Assembly (NCBI GenBank): GCA_022703375.1
Contig: JAKLDS010000002.1
Coordinates: 20,022 to 84,021, forward strand
Source: Deltaproteobacteria bacterium
GTDB taxonomy: Bacteria; Desulfobacterota; Syntrophia; Syntrophales; Smithellaceae
DNA length: 64,000 nt
Direction: 5' to 3'
A program made the position numbers and the translations under genes. Positions 1 through 8,672 of this stretch are shown here, in pieces. The notes beneath the pieces were generated by a model. The model did not search any database. It saw only the letters and a list, made by a program, of their open reading frames with translations, and was not told the origin of the DNA. How positions within the stretch are numbered: position 1 is the first letter of the stretch; each line of letters starts with the position of its first letter.

Positions 1-144
1 GCCGGGCCGCGGGTTCTTTTCGACAATAGTGACAGCGTAATTGAGCTGTGTAAGAATGATGCCGGCGCTCAATCCGCCGATTCCGGAGCCGATGATGGCG
101 ATATTTTTACCTTCGCAGAAATTATTCCTGGCTTTTGCTTTCAT
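1..144 (-). CDS. FAD/NAD(P)-binding oxidoreductase, N-terminal 48 codons only (gene continues past left edge)
   Basis: Minus-strand translation from the ATG at 144 gives MKAKARNNFCEGKNIAIIGSGIGGLSAGIILTQLNYAVTIVEKNPRPG. It has a GxGxxG dinucleotide-binding motif with an acidic residue after beta2. The frame is open to the window edge, so it is absent from the ORF track. Confidence 0.55.
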   Translation of the reverse strand, partial: MKAKARNNFCEGKNIAIIGSGIGGLSAGIILTQLNYAVTIVEKNPRPG

Positions 145-802
145 CCTGAGCGGTGTCTCCTTCGATCGGTTGCGCTTCAATCAGTGTCATTATTAATGAA
201 TAATTTACCGTTTCCCTGGCCTGCAATTCGATTCTCTGATAAGAGCTGCCGCCGGACGGTGTCAGCAGAATTCTGCGTTTCAAATTTTTCCACGAGGAAT
301 AAAGATTAATTTCGCTGTTTCCCCGGCTATCGCTTATCACATCAACTCGGCGGCCATCCTGCTGCCGATACCGGCAGACCGTCGCTCCTGCTTCGGTTTT
401 TCCTGCTTTTTCCAGCTCTCCCGCGGGCGCGAAAAAAATCAGCTTGATATCGGCAATCAAATTTACCGCGAATTCTTCGGAATCAAAGGGATGCAGAGCT
501 TTAATCACTCGCAGCGATTTTCCGGACTCGGCCTGAAAAAGCACCAGACCTTCCACAGTCATGATCGCGCAGGAAACAAAGCGTAAAGTCGGGTCAACAA
601 TCGTTACTCCAATAAGCGCGCCGCCCGCTTCTCCGGCAATGGAGGCTTCGATGGCATGCACAAAGCGGTATTTTTCTTTGGTAAACGGCGCCGGACAAAC
701 CGCTGTGTTTTTGGCGGATTGACTAGATGAAATAATTTCCGGCAGGCGCAGGCAGGAAACCGTCAACAACGCCGCCAGGAGCAGAGGGATCAGCTTCTTC
801 AT
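122..802 (-). CDS. putative lipoprotein, function unknown
   Basis: 226-aa ORF. Signal peptide with lipobox (MKKLIPLLLAALLTVS-C). Its start overlaps the upstream stop by 1 nt (TAATG), suggesting translational coupling. Confidence 0.6.
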   Translation of the reverse strand: MKKLIPLLLAALLTVSCLRLPEIISSSQSAKNTAVCPAPFTKEKYRFVHAIEASIAGEAGGALIGVTIVDPTLRFVSCAIMTVEGLVLFQAESGKSLRVIKALHPFDSEEFAVNLIADIKLIFFAPAGELEKAGKTEAGATVCRYRQQDGRRVDVISDSRGNSEINLYSSWKNLKRRILLTPSGGSSYQRIELQARETVNYSLIMTLIEAQPIEGDTAQDESKSQE

Positions 803-1416
803 TATATTACCTGAAAAACACTATCGCTGACTGGCTGATTGACTTCCACATCCTTAAATTCAATCAGCGTATAATCGTTTTTATTCTCGGTGATTTTTAT
901 GGATTTAATGGTTCGGTCTTTCCGCGCAACGATTATTTCAATTTTTTCCAGCAGGCCGGCGAAATTGTCTCCCACCGGCTTCAGAGTTATTTCCGTATAG
1001 GTTCCCTCCCTGAGCGTTGCGGCAAAAGCCGGGTTCTGGTCGAAATGGCCGCTCATCCACGCGAGAACGTCGTTCAGCACAATCTTCATTGCCCGGGCGC
1101 CGCCCGTTTGATCCTCAACCATTTTACCGCCGGACTGGCTGTATTTTTTTACTTCACCTTTATAAGCCAGCGCAATGCTTTTTACCGGAGCGACGTATTC
1201 CCAGCGGAATGAGGCGGGCGCAGCGTAGTAAAACTTACCGTCGGAAACGAGCGGGCGCGATAATATTTTCATGAATTTTTTCTGGATAAAGCGCGCCCTG
1301 ATGGTTTTGATATTGGCCGATTCGTCGCGCAGCCGGGCAAAATCGTCCGCAGCGGCCGGAGAAGACATCAGCAGCATTAAAATCAACAGCAAACCGAAGG
1401 GAAATATTTTTTTCAT
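802..1416 (-). CDS. LolA-like outer-membrane lipoprotein carrier family protein
   Basis: ORF 802-1488. The internal ATG at 1416 gives a signal peptide (MKKIFPFGLLLILMLLMSSPAAA). The sequence pattern (IRARFIQKKF...FRWEY) is recalled as LolA-like. Family call is from memory only. Confidence 0.55.
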   Translation of the reverse strand: MKKIFPFGLLLILMLLMSSPAAADDFARLRDESANIKTIRARFIQKKFMKILSRPLVSDGKFYYAAPASFRWEYVAPVKSIALAYKGEVKKYSQSGGKMVEDQTGGARAMKIVLNDVLAWMSGHFDQNPAFAATLREGTYTEITLKPVGDNFAGLLEKIEIIVARKDRTIKSIKITENKNDYTLIEFKDVEVNQPVSDSVFQVI

Positions 1417-1574
1417 TTTTTTTCTTTCATAATTTATTTGAGATACCGAAATATAGCCTTTCGCTTTCTCAGGATAACGCGGCGGCAAGGAGGAGGCACC
1501 ACAGGCGTATTAATAATACGTCGAGGAAGCCGACGACGCTGCCAACAAAGTTAGCCGACGAAAGCGGAAGGCTA

Positions 1575-2303
1575 TCAGCACATGCCGCCGTTAATCCCGA
1601 TAACCTGCGCCGTAATATAGGAAGCATCGTCGGAACACAAAAAGCGGATGACCTTTGCCACTTCCTCAGGTTTGCCAGCCCGCGCCATGGGGATAACCTT
1701 TTTAATTTCCGCAACCGGAGCTTCTCTGATCATGTCCGTTTCAATCAATCCGGGAGCGACAACATTGACGCGAATGCCGAAGCGCGCCACCTCAGCGGCG
1801 AGCGACCGGGAAGCTCCAATCAACCCCGCTTTGGCTGCTGAATAATTGGCCTGCCCGCGGTTAGGCATTAACGCCGCCACTGAAGAAACAGAAACAATCG
1901 CGCCTTTTTTCGCCCGGACCATTTCCCGCAAAAGCGGTTTGGTCACATTATAAAAGCCATTCAGCGTTGTGCTGATAACGGAATTCCACTCTTCTTCGCC
2001 CATCATCATGAAAAGTCCGTCGGCTGTAATGCCGGCGTTATTGACCAGCACTTCAATTCTTCCCAGGCGGCTGACAAGCTCGCCTACGCATGTTTTTGTT
2101 TCTGCCGCGTCGGCAACATCAAATTTAATGATTTCGCCTCCGCCTTTTGCTTCCTGGACAAGTTTTAAGGTTTCACGGGCGGCAGCTTCGTTGCCCTTGT
2201 AATTTATCACCACAAAATATCCGTCTTTGGCCAGTTCCACAGCTGTCGCACGGCCGATGCCGCGGCTGGCGCCGGTGACTAATGCCACTTTTTTCTCATT
2301 CAT
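1575..2303 (-). CDS. fabG: 3-oxoacyl-ACP reductase (SDR family, FabG-like)
   Basis: 242 aa. TGASRGIG cofactor motif, NNAG, and YSAAK catalytic Tyr-x3-Lys. Confidence 0.8.
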   Translation of the reverse strand: MNEKKVALVTGASRGIGRATAVELAKDGYFVVINYKGNEAAARETLKLVQEAKGGGEIIKFDVADAAETKTCVGELVSRLGRIEVLVNNAGITADGLFMMMGEEEWNSVISTTLNGFYNVTKPLLREMVRAKKGAIVSVSSVAALMPNRGQANYSAAKAGLIGASRSLAAEVARFGIRVNVVAPGLIETDMIREAPVAEIKKVIPMARAGKPEEVAKVIRFLCSDDASYITAQVIGINGGMC

Positions 2304-2332
2304 TTAATCCTTCTCCTTACTTATTAGTTATT

Positions 2333-2494
2333 ACGACCTCGTAAAAAGATTCAGAGGCAAGGCGCGCATGGTTCGCAGTTCGACTGGCTCACTGTGACAT
2401 AGCTCACCATGACAGTAATGCGATGTCACCCTGAGCCTGTCGAAGGGCGCAATATGCCTGACCGGCGCATGCCGGGGACTTTTTACGAGGTCGT
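2333..2494. repeat. 162-bp element bounded by perfect 16-bp terminal inverted repeats (MITE-like, family R4)
   Basis: ACGACCTCGTAAAAAG at 2333-2348 is the exact reverse complement of CTTTTTACGAGGTCGT at 2479-2494. It fills the FabG/dehydratase intergenic gap and abuts the dehydratase stop codon. Confidence 0.65.
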
Positions 2495-2916
2495 CAGTCG
2501 TCATTCATCCGTAACGCCTGCAACACAATCACCGCCAGTATCTCATCGCCGCATTTGACGGTGCCTTCCACAACACCATAATTATCAAAAGAATAGGCGC
2601 TACCGACGCTGGTAACCAGTTTGTTTCCGACAGCGATGGCCGGAACGTTAAACCGGGCGCTTTTAATGCCGACCAGCCAGCCTTTGCCGCCGCTTTTACC
2701 GGCTTTTTTTCTCTTCCATCCTTCCACTGCGGCCGCGCTCTGGGCGACAACTTCAATTAAAATAACGGGGCTGACCGATTGGCCGTCGCAGAGCGGCCAA
2801 TCCCGTTCCACAGTGGCTGTAGTTACAGCCGATTCTGGTGTAATATCAATTATTTCACCAAGCAAACTCATTCTGTCACGGTGCGGAATAATATCCTCGA
2901 TATTCAAATCGGCCAT
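2494..2916 (-). CDS. hotdog-fold hydroxyacyl-ACP dehydratase-like protein
   Basis: ORF 2494-2955. The ATG at 2916 is preceded by AGGGA, while 2955 has no RBS. Size and the IIPHRDRM...L pattern are typical of FabA/FabZ-like hotdog dehydratases in lipid clusters. Confidence 0.55.
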   Translation of the reverse strand: MADLNIEDIIPHRDRMSLLGEIIDITPESAVTTATVERDWPLCDGQSVSPVILIEVVAQSAAAVEGWKRKKAGKSGGKGWLVGIKSARFNVPAIAVGNKLVTSVGSAYSFDNYGVVEGTVKCGDEILAVIVLQALRMNDD

Positions 2917-3212
2917 AAGGCTATCCCTGCAATTTGCTAGGTTGTATCCCGGCATAACACGGCGTATTTTTACATGTATCGAGGAAGCCAGAAAGCGCCA
3001 GTCACGCCGACTATGTCGGGATTAATTCGTCCGACTTATTCTGCTCCGATTGCAGAATTTGTAACACATTAACAAAGTTAGCCAAAGAATGCTACTTTCT
3101 ATAACTAATGAGAAAACGCGCTGTATGTCAACAAAATTAATAAAACCCGCGTTGATTTTTTTTGTTTTTTTGGCTAAGTAAACATATCAGTTACCACTGG
3201 TTCAGCGAATTT

Positions 3213-4577
3213 ATGAAAAAAAACGAATTTATCAACTCCTATAACAAACTTCTTATATCGTCAAAAACGCTCTGTCAGAAAGACTTTACTTATTCGGGGT
3301 ACAGCTACGGCGAGGTTTTTGAACTGGCTGCCGGCCTGAAAAAAATGTTCGCACGCCGCACTAAAGAAAAAACAATCTGTCTTTGCACGGAAAACAAGGC
3401 TGTTGTTGCCGCCTGTGTGCTGGCATCGCTGGCGGGAAGCTGCCGGCTTATCCTGCCCTATTCTTTTTCCGCCCACGCGCTGATGGAAATGTACGAAGCG
3501 ACGGGCTTCAACGCCGCCATTGCCGATAATCCCGAAGAAATGCCGCCGGGAGTGGAAATAATAACTCCCCGGGCCGGCAGTATATCGGATATCAACGCTG
3601 GTGAAATTCGTAATCCCGATGACAGCTTTCTCCTGCTTTTTACCGGAGGTTCAACGGGAAAACCGCGCGTCTGGTCAAAATCGCCGCGCAATTTACTCGC
3701 GGAGGCTTTTTATCTGAAAGAAAAATTTGCCTTGACGGAAAATGATTTATTCACCGCCACTGTGCCGCCCTATCATATTTACGGCCTGCTTTTTTCCGTG
3801 CTGGTTCCCTTCTGTGCTCATGCGCAGGTCTTGCCGGATGTTTACCGGTTTCCGCAGGAAATTATCTCCACCACCAACAAGCACAAAGCATCCGTGCTGG
3901 TCAGCGTGCCCATTCATTATCGTTCATTGAAAGTGGAAAATCTGGCGATGCCGACTTTAAAAGTTGCCTTTTCCTCATCCGGCGTGCTGGATCGCTCCGA
4001 TAGTTTGCATTTCCATAAAAAAACAGGATTGGGAATTACCGAAATCTACGGTTCGACGGAAACAGGCGGCATTGCGGCGCGCTCCATCAGTGAAAATACC
4101 GAAAGCTGGAAACCTTTTGATGTTGTGAACTGGCGTGTGGCGGGTAACAGGCTCGCCGTCCAATCGGATTTTGTTTCTCCGGAAGTGGAACGCGCGGCCG
4201 ATGGTTTCTGCCTCACCGGCGATGAAGCCCGTGCTGACCAGGATAATCGTTTCCTGCTGCTGGGAAGGGCGGACGGCATTGTCAAAGTTGCAGGTAAAAG
4301 AGTTGATTTGCTCGAAGTGCAAAACAAGATAAAAATACTGCCGACAGTCCGCGACGCAGTTGTGATTTCCCTGCCGGCGGAAAAAGGACGCGAAAATGTT
4401 ATCGCCGCGGTTGTTGCCTGCGACCTTACCGAAACACATTTAAAGAAGCTGCTGATGGATATGCTGGAACCTTACGCAGTGCCGCGCCGCGTCAGAATAG
4501 TTGCTTCCATTACCAATACCGCAACCGGCAAAATAGACCGCCGCCGGATTGAACAATTATTTCTGAATGATAAATAA
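3213..4577 (+). CDS. AMP-dependent synthetase/ligase (acyl-CoA or acyl-ACP synthetase-like)
   Basis: ORF from TTG 3162; the first ATG at 3213 (MKKNEF) is preferred. AMP-binding signature FTGGSTGKPR and a C-terminal GKIDRR motif. Confidence 0.75.
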   Translation: MKKNEFINSYNKLLISSKTLCQKDFTYSGYSYGEVFELAAGLKKMFARRTKEKTICLCTENKAVVAACVLASLAGSCRLILPYSFSAHALMEMYEATGFNAAIADNPEEMPPGVEIITPRAGSISDINAGEIRNPDDSFLLLFTGGSTGKPRVWSKSPRNLLAEAFYLKEKFALTENDLFTATVPPYHIYGLLFSVLVPFCAHAQVLPDVYRFPQEIISTTNKHKASVLVSVPIHYRSLKVENLAMPTLKVAFSSSGVLDRSDSLHFHKKTGLGITEIYGSTETGGIAARSISENTESWKPFDVVNWRVAGNRLAVQSDFVSPEVERAADGFCLTGDEARADQDNRFLLLGRADGIVKVAGKRVDLLEVQNKIKILPTVRDAVVISLPAEKGRENVIAAVVACDLTETHLKKLLMDMLEPYAVPRRVRIVASITNTATGKIDRRRIEQLFLNDK

Positions 4578-4587
4578 TATTATTCTT

Positions 4588-4666
4588 CCGGCAATTAAAC
4601 ATATTAATTGTTTTTACGACGGACGGCTCTGTTTCCGCAATCCGTCGTTTATCAATTTTTGATAAG
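4588..4666. repeat. short form of nested-palindrome repeat family R1
   Basis: CCGGCAATTAAACATATTAATTG-TTTTTACGACGGA...GGCTCTGTTTCCGCAATCCGTCGTTTATCAATTTTTGATAAG matches both flanks of the 255-bp copy at 32848-33102 but lacks the core. It contains the hairpin ACGACGGA/TCCGTCGT. Confidence 0.6.
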
Positions 4667-4772
4667 TTTATTTGTTTTAAAATATTTTATTGCTGCAGTA
4701 TTAATATTGCGGACTTAGCCGGTTTAACGATCCTGCCGCTGGATGGTATTTAATACCCGCGATAAATATTAT

Positions 4773-4801
4773 TTGACAGCTTTTTTAAATGTTGCTATAT
4801 G
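4773..4801 (+). promoter_or_regulatory. sigma-70-type promoter of the trp leader
   Basis: TTGACA (4773-4778), a 17-nt spacer, then TATATG (4796-4801), about 40 nt upstream of the leader ORF. Confidence 0.55.
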
Positions 4802-4842
4802 GCAGCCAACTTTTAAATAAGATGCGAAGAAGAAAGTTGTTT

Positions 4843-4920
4843 ATGGAAAAGAAAATTATCACAGTATCGTTGAATGGCTGGTGGTGGCAGAACCAAATCC
4901 AGGGGGTTGTCCGCCGCTAA
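4843..4920 (+). CDS. trp operon leader peptide (three consecutive Trp codons)
   Basis: ATG 4843 to TAA 4918-4920 encodes MEKKIITVSLNGWWWQNQIQGVVRR, with TGG TGG TGG at 4879-4887. An in-frame ATG at 4822 is an alternative start. It lies immediately upstream of the terminator hairpins and trpE. Confidence 0.7.
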   Translation: MEKKIITVSLNGWWWQNQIQGVVRR

Positions 4921-4944
4921 TTATTTTTATTAATTAAAATCAAA

Positions 4945-4978
4945 GCCGTGGAGAGACTCTCATCTTCACGGCTTTTTT
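4945..4978 (+). terminator. attenuator / intrinsic terminator 1
   Basis: GCCGTGGAGA (4945-4954) pairs with TCTTCACGGC (4963-4972) with one G-U pair. It is followed by TTTTTTGTTTTTGTTT. Confidence 0.7.
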
Positions 4979-4991
4979 GTTTTTGTTTATA

Positions 4992-5030
4992 AGCCAGGGC
5001 CGTGAAGAAATTTCACAACCCTGGCTTTTT
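4992..5030 (+). terminator. terminator-like hairpin 2
   Basis: AGCCAGGG (4992-4999) pairs with CCCTGGCT (5019-5026), with an inner GTGAA/TTCAC extension, followed by TTTTT. Confidence 0.55.
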
Positions 5031-5045
5031 AGTGAGACTCAAATT

Positions 5046-5187
5046 ACCAAAGCGAAGCGCATGGGAATTTGTAAGTCGAACTATCCCCGAAGCGAAGCGG
5101 AGTGGGATTAATGACACCTCATTCCGAAAGAGAAGCGAAGGGAAATTTGTAAGTCGAACTATCCCCGAAGCGAAGCGGAGTGGGATT
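5046..5187. repeat. two tandem copies (period 78 nt) of a GAAGCG-rich repeat (family R3)
   Basis: The 42-nt string TTTGTAAGTCGAACTATCCCCGAAGCGAAGCGGAGTGGGATT is identical at 5068-5109 and 5146-5187. The preceding approximately 20 nt are similar in both units. Confidence 0.85.
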
Positions 5188-5208
5188 GGAATTAATAGGA
5201 GATAAATC

Positions 5209-6705
5209 ATGTACGAACCTAATTTTACAGAATTTGCCGCTATGGCAAAAAGAGGAAACCTGATTCCCGTTTACCGGGAAATACTCGCCGATATCGAAAC
5301 GCCTGTTTCGGTTCTCATGAAACTGCAGGCGAAAGAGCACGTTTACCTGCTGGAAAGCGTGGAAGGCGGCGAGAAGTGGGGGCGTTATTCATTCATCGGT
5401 GCCGATGCCGGCGTTGTTTTTCAGGTGCGCGGCGCGGATGTAATCATTAAGGAAAAAAACAGAGTGGCAAAAAGGCCGCACAGCGGCAACCCGCTGCAAT
5501 ATCTGCGCGACTTGCTCGGCCGCTATAAACCGGTTGCCGTTCCCGGTCTGCCGCGCTTTTACGGCGGCGCGGTTGGTTACTTCGGCTATGACATGGTGCG
5601 CTATTTTGAAAAACTGCCTGGCGATAAACTCGATGATCTGAACCTGGATGAGGCCGTTTTTGTCATCAGCGATGCGATGATGATTTTTGATAATGTCCGA
5701 CACACTATCAAAATTGTCGCCTGCGCCTTTACGGAAGATGCCGATTCGCTCGAAGAAGCATACGACGCTTCCTGCAAAAAAATCGCCGCGATGATTGAAA
5801 CTCTTTCGCAGCCCGCTGTTCATCAGGAAAAGGATGCGGCGGAGGCGAGTGAAGTATCTTTTCGCACTAACATGACGGAGGCGCAGTTTGAGGCTTTGGT
5901 GGAAAAGGCCAAAGAATACATAACAGCCGGGGACATAATCCAGGTTGTCCTCTCCCAGCGGTTTGAGGCGGATTACCGTTCCAATCCTGTTGACCTTTAT
6001 CGCGCCCTGCGCTTTGTCAATCCTTCGCCCTATCTGTTTTTTCTGAAGCTCAATAATCTTATTCTGATTGGTTCATCGCCGGAGGTTATGGTGCGCCTCG
6101 AGGAGCAGACAATGGAGCTGCGGCCGATAGCCGGCACCAGAAAAAGAGGCCTCACCGAACAGGAAGACCGGCAGCTCTCCGATGAGTTATTGTCCGATGA
6201 AAAGGAGCGAGCAGAGCATGTCATGCTGGTGGATTTGGGACGCAACGATCTGGGGCGCGTGGCCCAAAGCGGTTCGGTGCAGGTGAATCAGTATATGGTT
6301 GTGGAAAAATATTCACATGTGATGCATCTGGTGTCGAATGTCCGCGCCGAGCTCGCCAAAGGGAAAGACGCCTTTGACGTAATGGCGGCAACATTTCCCG
6401 CGGGCACGCTGACCGGCGCGCCGAAAATCCGCGCGATGGAAATCATTGATGAACTGGAGCCCATTCAGAGAGGTACATATGGAGGTGCGGTTGGTTATTT
6501 CAGCTTCAGCGGCAATATGGATTTCTGCATTACTATCCGGACGATGCTGCTCAAAGAAGGAAAACTATATATTCAGGCCGGCGCCGGCATCGTCTATGAT
6601 TCCGTTCCCGAAAAAGAGCATCAGGAATCGTTGAACAAGGCCCGCGGCCTTTTACAGGCGGCGCAGCTGGCAGCCAGCGGCTTCATTGTGAAGAACGGCA
6701 AGTAA
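5209..6705 (+). CDS. trpE: anthranilate synthase component I
   Basis: 498 aa. Motifs LLESVEGGEKWGRYSF, GAVGYFGYD and PAGTLTGAPKIRAMEII. AGGAG RBS 7 nt upstream. Confidence 0.95.
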   Translation: MYEPNFTEFAAMAKRGNLIPVYREILADIETPVSVLMKLQAKEHVYLLESVEGGEKWGRYSFIGADAGVVFQVRGADVIIKEKNRVAKRPHSGNPLQYLRDLLGRYKPVAVPGLPRFYGGAVGYFGYDMVRYFEKLPGDKLDDLNLDEAVFVISDAMMIFDNVRHTIKIVACAFTEDADSLEEAYDASCKKIAAMIETLSQPAVHQEKDAAEASEVSFRTNMTEAQFEALVEKAKEYITAGDIIQVVLSQRFEADYRSNPVDLYRALRFVNPSPYLFFLKLNNLILIGSSPEVMVRLEEQTMELRPIAGTRKRGLTEQEDRQLSDELLSDEKERAEHVMLVDLGRNDLGRVAQSGSVQVNQYMVVEKYSHVMHLVSNVRAELAKGKDAFDVMAATFPAGTLTGAPKIRAMEIIDELEPIQRGTYGGAVGYFSFSGNMDFCITIRTMLLKEGKLYIQAGAGIVYDSVPEKEHQESLNKARGLLQAAQLAASGFIVKNGK

Positions 6706-6712
6706 AAATTAA

Positions 6713-6802
6713 TCCCCTCTCCCTGGACGGGAGAGGGTGAGGGTGAGGGTGAAATAACGAGATACCCCTCCCCTCAATCCCCTCCCTCCGGGGGCGGGGA
6801 AG
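6713..6802. repeat. GC-rich double-hairpin repeat (family R2)
   Basis: CCCTCTCCC-TGGAC-GGGAGAGGG hairpin, GAGGGTGAGGGTG...CCCCTCCCCTC, and a second C-rich/G-rich hairpin. It has the same layout as 36446-36535. Confidence 0.75.
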
Positions 6803-6817
6803 TTCTCGGAGGAAAAT

Positions 6818-7387
6818 ATGATTTTGATGATTGATAATTACGATTCTTTTACTTTCAACATTGTCCAGTATCTGGCGCAAATGGGCGAGGATGTGCGCGT
6901 TTATCGCAATGATAAAATTACTCTGGATGAAATAAAAAAACTGAAGCCCGCTGCCATCTTTCTTTCGCCGGGCCCCCGGTCGCCGCGCGAAGCGGGCATT
7001 ACGGTGGAAGTTGTGCAGAGCTTTTATCAGTCAGTGCCGCTCCTGGGCATCTGCCTGGGGCATCAATCCATCGGCTTTGCCTTCGGGGCGGATATTGTGC
7101 GCGCGGAAAGAATCATGCATGGCAAAACATCCATGATTGAAAATGACGGCAAAACAATTTTTGCCGGCCTGCCGAATCCCTTTTCCGCCGGACGCTATCA
7201 CTCCCTGATAGTCAAAAGAGAAACTCTGCCTTCCTGCCTGGAAATCAGCGCGGAAACGGCAGAAGGGGAGATTATGGGTTTGCGCCACAGGCAATATCCG
7301 GTGGAAGGGATTCAGTTTCATCCGGAATCGGTGCTGACGCCGCAGGGCAAACGAATTATTCGCAACTTCTTAAAAATAGCCTCGTGA
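6818..7387 (+). CDS. trpG: anthranilate synthase component II (glutamine amidotransferase)
   Basis: 189 aa. [15 protein letters not shown]-terminus, the GICLGHQ catalytic Cys motif, and HPES. Confidence 0.95.
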   Translation: MILMIDNYDSFTFNIVQYLAQMGEDVRVYRNDKITLDEIKKLKPAAIFLSPGPRSPREAGITVEVVQSFYQSVPLLGICLGHQSIGFAFGADIVRAERIMHGKTSMIENDGKTIFAGLPNPFSAGRYHSLIVKRETLPSCLEISAETAEGEIMGLRHRQYPVEGIQFHPESVLTPQGKRIIRNFLKIAS

Positions 7388-7401
7388 AAGGAGTATTAAT
7401 C

Positions 7402-8412
7402 ATGGTTAAGGAAGCAATTGACAAGGCAGTGCAGAAAATAGATTTAAGGGAAGCGGAAATGATAACCGCGATGGAAGAGATAATGGAAGGCAATGCCACT
7501 CCCGCGCAGATAGGCGCCCTGATAACGGCGCTGCGGATGAAGGGGGAAACAGTGGAAGAAGTTACCGGCGCGGCGCGTGTGATGCGTCAGAAGGCGACAC
7601 GCGTCAACGCCTGCGCCACGACAATTATTGATACCTGCGGCACCGGCGGCGATTTACGCAACACCTTCAATATTTCAACGACAACGGCGCTTGTTGCGGC
7701 GGCCGCCGGTATTACTGTCGCCAAGCACGGTAATCGGGCTGTTTCCAGCGGTTGCGGCAGCGCCGATGTGCTCGAAGCGCTCGGCGTCAATGTCAGCGCC
7801 AATCAGGATATTGTGGAAGAATGCATCCAGCAGGCAGGTATCGGCTTTCTTTACGCGCCGAAACTGCACGGCGCGATGAAATACGCTATCGGCCCGCGCC
7901 GTGAAATCGGCATCCGCACTATCTTCAATATGCTGGGGCCCCTGACCAATCCGGCCTCGGCAACGGCGCAATTACTGGGTGTTTACGCGCCGCAGCTCAC
8001 CGAAATGTTTGCCGGCGTGCTGAAAAACATGGGTACCAAAAGGGCTTATGTCGTGCATGGAACGGATGGCCTTGATGAAGCCACCGTAACGGGCGAAACC
8101 AGAGTGGCGGAGCTCAAAGACGGTATTATTAAAACTTACAACATAAATCCCGTTGATTACTTCGGCAAAACCTATCCGCTGGAAGCCCTGCGCGGCGGTG
8201 ATCCGGGCGTCAACGCGCAGATTATTCGGGAAGTCCTCTCCGGCAAGGCCGGCGCCTGCCGTGATGTCGTCTTGCTGAACTCCGCTTTGGCGATAATGGC
8301 CGCCGACAAGGCGCAGGATATTAAAGAAGGAATCAGTATTGCCGCGGATTGCATTGACAGCGGCAAGGCGATTAAGAAATTGCAGGAGTTGATTGAATTA
8401 AGTAACAGCTGA
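7402..8412 (+). CDS. trpD: anthranilate phosphoribosyltransferase
   Basis: ORF from GTG 7384; the ATG at 7402 has an AAGGAG RBS 8 nt upstream. Motifs [22 protein letters not shown] and KHGNRA. Confidence 0.95.
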   Translation: MVKEAIDKAVQKIDLREAEMITAMEEIMEGNATPAQIGALITALRMKGETVEEVTGAARVMRQKATRVNACATTIIDTCGTGGDLRNTFNISTTTALVAAAAGITVAKHGNRAVSSGCGSADVLEALGVNVSANQDIVEECIQQAGIGFLYAPKLHGAMKYAIGPRREIGIRTIFNMLGPLTNPASATAQLLGVYAPQLTEMFAGVLKNMGTKRAYVVHGTDGLDEATVTGETRVAELKDGIIKTYNINPVDYFGKTYPLEALRGGDPGVNAQIIREVLSGKAGACRDVVLLNSALAIMAADKAQDIKEGISIAADCIDSGKAIKKLQELIELSNS

Positions 8413-8470
8413 CATTATTTGTGTCTTTGCGAGCGAATATTAAGAGCGAAACAATCTAAAGGGGTCCTTT

Positions 8471-8642
8471 GGAAATAACTTATTTGTGCTCAGAACCTTT
8501 TTATGACCATGCAACTTCTCGCTTTGTTGCCGAAGCAAAACTCGTCCGCTGTAGCGGACTCAAACAGTTGCTTCGTCGGGCACTCGGCTGCGAGTGCATG
8601 GTACCCATAAAAAGCTTGATTCGCACTACATAAGTAATTTCC
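8471..8642. repeat. nested-palindrome repeat family R1 (172-bp copy)
   Basis: Ends GGAAATAACTTAT / ATAAGTAATTTCC form an inverted repeat. The core CAAAACTCGTCCGCTGTAGCGGACTCAAACAGTTG is shared with the copies at 11382, 30897 and 32848. Confidence 0.75.
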
Positions 8643-8672
8643 CAGTGATATAGAATGAAAAATATATAATTT

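Noticed and set aside
5046-5187. Possible mini-CRISPR array
   Set aside because: There are only two repeat units, the spacer between them is itself part of the repeat unit, no cas genes are present, and the sequence is not a CRISPR-like palindromic repeat.
5031-5208. Binding site for a TRAP-like (trp RNA-binding attenuation protein) regulator
   Set aside because: There is no series of regularly spaced GAG/UAG triplets. The few GAG triplets present are irregularly spaced.
5002-5210. 67-aa and 65-aa ORFs on opposite strands upstream of trpE
   Set aside because: Their internally duplicated peptide sequence simply mirrors the 78-nt tandem DNA repeat. There is no RBS, and they overlap the terminator hairpins.
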